In this document: one piece after another, positions 22,627 through 26,585 of the stretch | Layout: every line of letters begins with the position of its first letter | How positions within the stretch are numbered: position 1 is the stretch's first letter | NCBI GenBank assembly: GCA_000165425.1 | Contig: CT868057.1 | Coordinates: 186,001 to 212,585, forward strand | Direction: 5' to 3' | Origin: Paramecium tetraurelia | Lineage: Eukaryota | DNA length: 26,585 nucleotides | Program-made: the position numbers and the translations under genes | The notes under the pieces: model-generated | What the model was told of the DNA's origin: nothing | What the model saw: the letters and a program-made list of their open reading frames with translations, nothing else | Databases searched by the model: none

Positions 22627-23989
22627 GATATGAATAATTATAATATTCAAAATAAAATCTTTAATTGTCTCATCTTTCTGCAACTATTAGGATCATGTGA
22701 AATGAGTATAGATTACCATTTCATATTTTGGATGTTATAAATTCAAAATATATAATATTAAACTTCTGCTGGTAAAATAATTATGCTTTTTACATCTTCA
22801 AAACAATATTTAATGAATCGTGATGATAAAACTTAAAGAATTAAACATATATATTTCTTCTTACTACTCTATCTTAAGTATTTAATTTTGGCTTCATCAA
22901 TTTTCATATTGTTTTTGTTATTACAATTCATTTTGGTTTTTATGTTTACAAATCATAAATATATATGTACTTCATATTTTCCTTATGTTGTATAAATCAA
23001 AGCTGATACTTTTTATCAAGGAATCTATTGGATAGTATTATATAATTTTTCCTGTCTAAATAGGTCCTTTAATGAGACATTTAGCTTTTTTAAAAAAAGA
23101 AAATTTAGATTTTAATAAAGATGTAAGTGAAGGTGCATTCAGTCAGTTTCCAAATATTTAGCTTTTATGATGAAATTTATATACTTTTAAACTACAGAAT
23201 TCTATTAGCTAAAATAGTAATAATTATTGATGTTTGAAAACGGAAAAGCAGAAATGAACCAAACAGCAAATCGTTTAGCTTGAAATAGTTAATGAATTAT
23301 TATAACCTAGAAATATTTATTAAGTTAAAAAAATTAATTGATCTATCTCTTAAACCAAATAACTTTTTATTTCTCAATTTATGGTGATATTAATTCTGAA
23401 AATGCAATCAAAGATTTAAATTTTATTCTTTAAATAATAGTCATACTAATGAGTTAGATCCTCTAATAAATATGATTAAAGATTAACATAAACATTTCTT
23501 TTTTGTATTGTAATTCATGCCTATAGGATGAAAAAGAGATTATTCATAAATTTGAATATATTAAAACAATATATTTAAATCAAAAAAAAGTTTTTTATCA
23601 TAATTAATTAGCTTATTTATAAAGATAAATTTATGCATTTAATTATTAATTATTAATTAACTAGATTTATAATAATAGAGATTAAAATATTAAATTATTC
23701 AAATTAATAAATATAATATAAAAGTAGAAATAATATTTAACTTATGTATTTGTTGATGATATTATTCATACTGTTTATTCTAAATGATAAAAATGATTTT
23801 AATATTTATAAAGTTGATAAGATGAAAATCTAATTTTTGATTTTTGGAAGCTATTTCTATTAATCAAAGGTTCAAGAGAAATTGATATAACAATTTTTTT
23901 TGACTTAAAATAATTTGAGGTAGTATTTATAGATAGAACAATTGTAAATATAGAAAATTTTAATATTATTATGGATTGAAACCATATTC

Positions 23990-24870
23990 TCTAATTTGAA
24001 AAATATGAGATTTAATCCCAAGTTATTAAGAACTATCCATCTTGACTCATTGTTCCATGTATTTGACTCCATAAGACTTTTTTGAAATCAATCACCTCTT
24101 ACAATTTGCACTTTGCAATTTCTTCTTCAGTCAAATATACTATCCTGATTAAATTCAATTTGTATTTTTGTTTAACAAGAATACAATTTTTCGAAGGTCC
24201 ATAGATCATAGGGAAATAATAATTACAGGGTTGATGTCCTCCTTAAATTTCTACTTCCATTACTTTAAAAAATTTCTCGTTATCATATTTTAATTTATAA
24301 ATTTCTAAATTAAATTATCTATAAAGTTAAAATACCAAGGTTTCATCTTTAATAAAAGATAATCTATATCAAAAATTAGAAATAACTTCTTAATGCTTTT
24401 AATATTAATATCGAATTGTTATCACTGCAAGATATTAATTTGTTTCTAAAATTACATGTTGAAAATGATTAAATTTATTAATTAAATAGTCTTAAAGTTT
24501 ACACACATAAAGATAATGAAAAATACACAAAAATTTAATTGTAGAATCCTTTGATCCACTAATAATGAGATCTTCGAATAGTTGAGGTAGTAAAACACAA
24601 GGCAGTTAATCCAATCATTATGACCTTTTAATTTTATTACATATTTTGAGTTTATTATTAATTTTGATGACTAAATAATAATTTTATATCTCTCCAACCC
24701 GATATGAACCACAAATCAATTTAAAAAAGTTTAGAGTAGTGACATTATCAAGATGCTTGTTATTCTGTAAAATCTATTTTAGATATTTGTGTTTGAACTA
24801 AAAGATTTTTGATTTTTTTTGTAGATTATTTCATAGTTGAAATTTTATATTATTATTCTTGCATTAATCC
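23990..24870 (-). pseudogene. Heavily degraded WD40-repeat pseudogene of a related family
   Basis: Fragments KLKGHNDWINCL, EDLIISGSKDSTIKF, CNYYFPMIY and GTMSQDGQFLITWD occur in order across many frameshifts. Confidence 0.75.
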
Positions 24871-25092
24871 TATGGATTAAATAACTTTCATTTTCTATTA
24901 TAATAAGTATATTAATTGCAATATATTTTGGAAATTCCTTTTTAAATGTATTATATACTCTAAATTTGTTTCTGAAATACTCTTTGTAACACCTAAGTTA
25001 GGTCCTCTTTTATGATAAAAAATAAACAATTTGATCAAAATGAGCCTATTAATACAAAATTAATTAGTTTGATTCTGATAATTTTTTAAGCA

Positions 25093-26428
25093 ATGAAATT
25101 TCTTGTTTACCTATATTTATCTGCTATGGCATATATCAAGTATGATTCAGGACTAAATACTAATTTTAATCCTAGTACGGCTGGCTTTGTGTGCTAAAAT
25201 TAATACACATTAGAGACGACAACTTCCTTTAATGGATAATTTGAAAATATTCCCCAAGTCTTTTTACAACATAATATTGGTGATATTACCTAAGGGAATA
25301 CAGAATTTCGATTATTAATTACATCTATCACCTTAATAGGTAATTATATACTATAATTCAGATTTTAAGGTGTAAATAAATTGTCCATCATCAACAAGAA
25401 CATATACGTTGAAATTTTAATGGTATGCGATCGATGATTAACGAGTTCAAGTTATAAGCGCTTTTAATATTGATAATCCAACAATTTCATAAATATATTA
25501 GCACTTGAATGCAAATGCTGAATTAGGAATGTTATTTCCTATAAGTCTATCTTATGCTGGTCCCCTTGACTTTGTTATATAAGTATGATTTGGCATAATA
25601 ATAATTCTTAGATATCAAGCATAACAAAAACTGATGTTACAATAGAGATATCAAACCCTTCAGGAAAGTTTGCAAACCTTAAATAAATTGGATATTAAAT
25701 TGTCTTAGGAACTAGCGAAATCTTTACTAACTTGGGACTTTAAACTGTAACAGGTACCTCTTACAGTAGTGGTGATTTTGATTTATTGACCAATAAATGG
25801 CTCTTGACTCCAATTATTGGATTTAATTATCCAAATGACTACTATTTATAATTTAGATGGACTTATACATATACAGCCTCAAAAGTTTCTTATAAAGTTG
25901 ATTCATGTAAATTATATAAATACTTTAGGGGATAGACTTGTGAAACATACACATTAAAAGGCATGGATGTCCTACGTAATCAATACTTAGTATCTACCAG
26001 TTTATTGTTAGACAGTAAGAATTTCCTAAAAAATTGACCTTGAAGCCATAAACAGATTTACAATTTATTCTGATATACCACAAATTAATGGGGTTTTCAA
26101 TTAAATTGGAACATTCAATACTATTATTGACAAATCTATTTCACCATTATTAATAAATGTCATAATAAAATGTTCATTAGGAAAAAAAATTACAAGCAAG
26201 TTTAATAAATGCAATAATTGCTCATCGTAAATGTTCTATACATTCACTCATTATTGCCATAATTAAATTAATTAAATCTCTTATTTTCCCAGATATATTT
26301 CTTCTACCTCAGCTCATTAAGAATTAGTAATAATAATAAGTGCTTAAAGAATTTAAATTAATCAAATAACCTATAATTAGATCAAGGCAGTTACAAATAT
26401 ATTAGATATTGAAATTGGTAATATTTGA
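25093..26428 (+). CDS. Putative secreted protein of the Paramecium H-type-lectin-like family; introns 25340-25361, 25583-25611, 25907-25928
   Basis: Hydrophobic N-terminus MKFLVYLYLSAMAYIKYDSG, then FENIPQVFL, FQWYAIDDQRVQVI and a Cys-containing C-terminal part. Open to TGA 26426-26428 after splicing. The family label is from recall and is less certain than the gene model. Confidence 0.75.
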
Positions 26429-26585
26429 TAAAATAATATAATTCAAAATATAATAATAACCTACTTTGTGGTTAAAAAAAACAAGATATTTTAGTTCTAT
26501 AAACAGTTTCAATAGTTTTATATTTTGTAGGCTCCAAGTTTATAATTATAAAAATAAAAAAAAATTTTGACTTGAGTAGTTTTTA

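Noticed and set aside
22650..23600. About 130-codon hydrophobic plus-strand frame from 22782
   Set aside because: No recognisable domain or consistent gene structure; may be decayed sequence.
1..26585. IESs, telomeric repeats, tRNA or rRNA genes
   Set aside because: No TA-bounded insert interrupting an intact ORF, no telomeric C4A2/C3A3 tract and no structured RNA gene was recognisable by eye.

Overview
Eukaryotic, very AT-rich ciliate DNA, most consistent with Paramecium. Genes read open only when TAA/TAG = Gln and TGA is the sole stop (translation table 6). Introns are tiny GT..AG introns of about 21-32 nt. The supplied standard-code ORF track is therefore mostly antisense or fragment artefact. 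The left 10 kb has a mirror architecture: a decayed APE+RT non-LTR retrotransposon (-), an SF-assemblin gene (-), a divergent MORN / coiled-coil gene pair, an apparently identical SF-assemblin gene (+) forming a 969-bp inverted repeat, and a second related RT remnant (+). Further right are a small coiled-coil gene, a TTC12-like TPR/ARM gene, an AGC-kinase pseudogene lacking DFG, two assembly gaps, an intron-containing bacterial-type class-A beta-lactamase-fold gene, two disrupted WD40 genes and a putative H-type-lectin-family secreted protein. All calls come from manual translation; no database searches were run.
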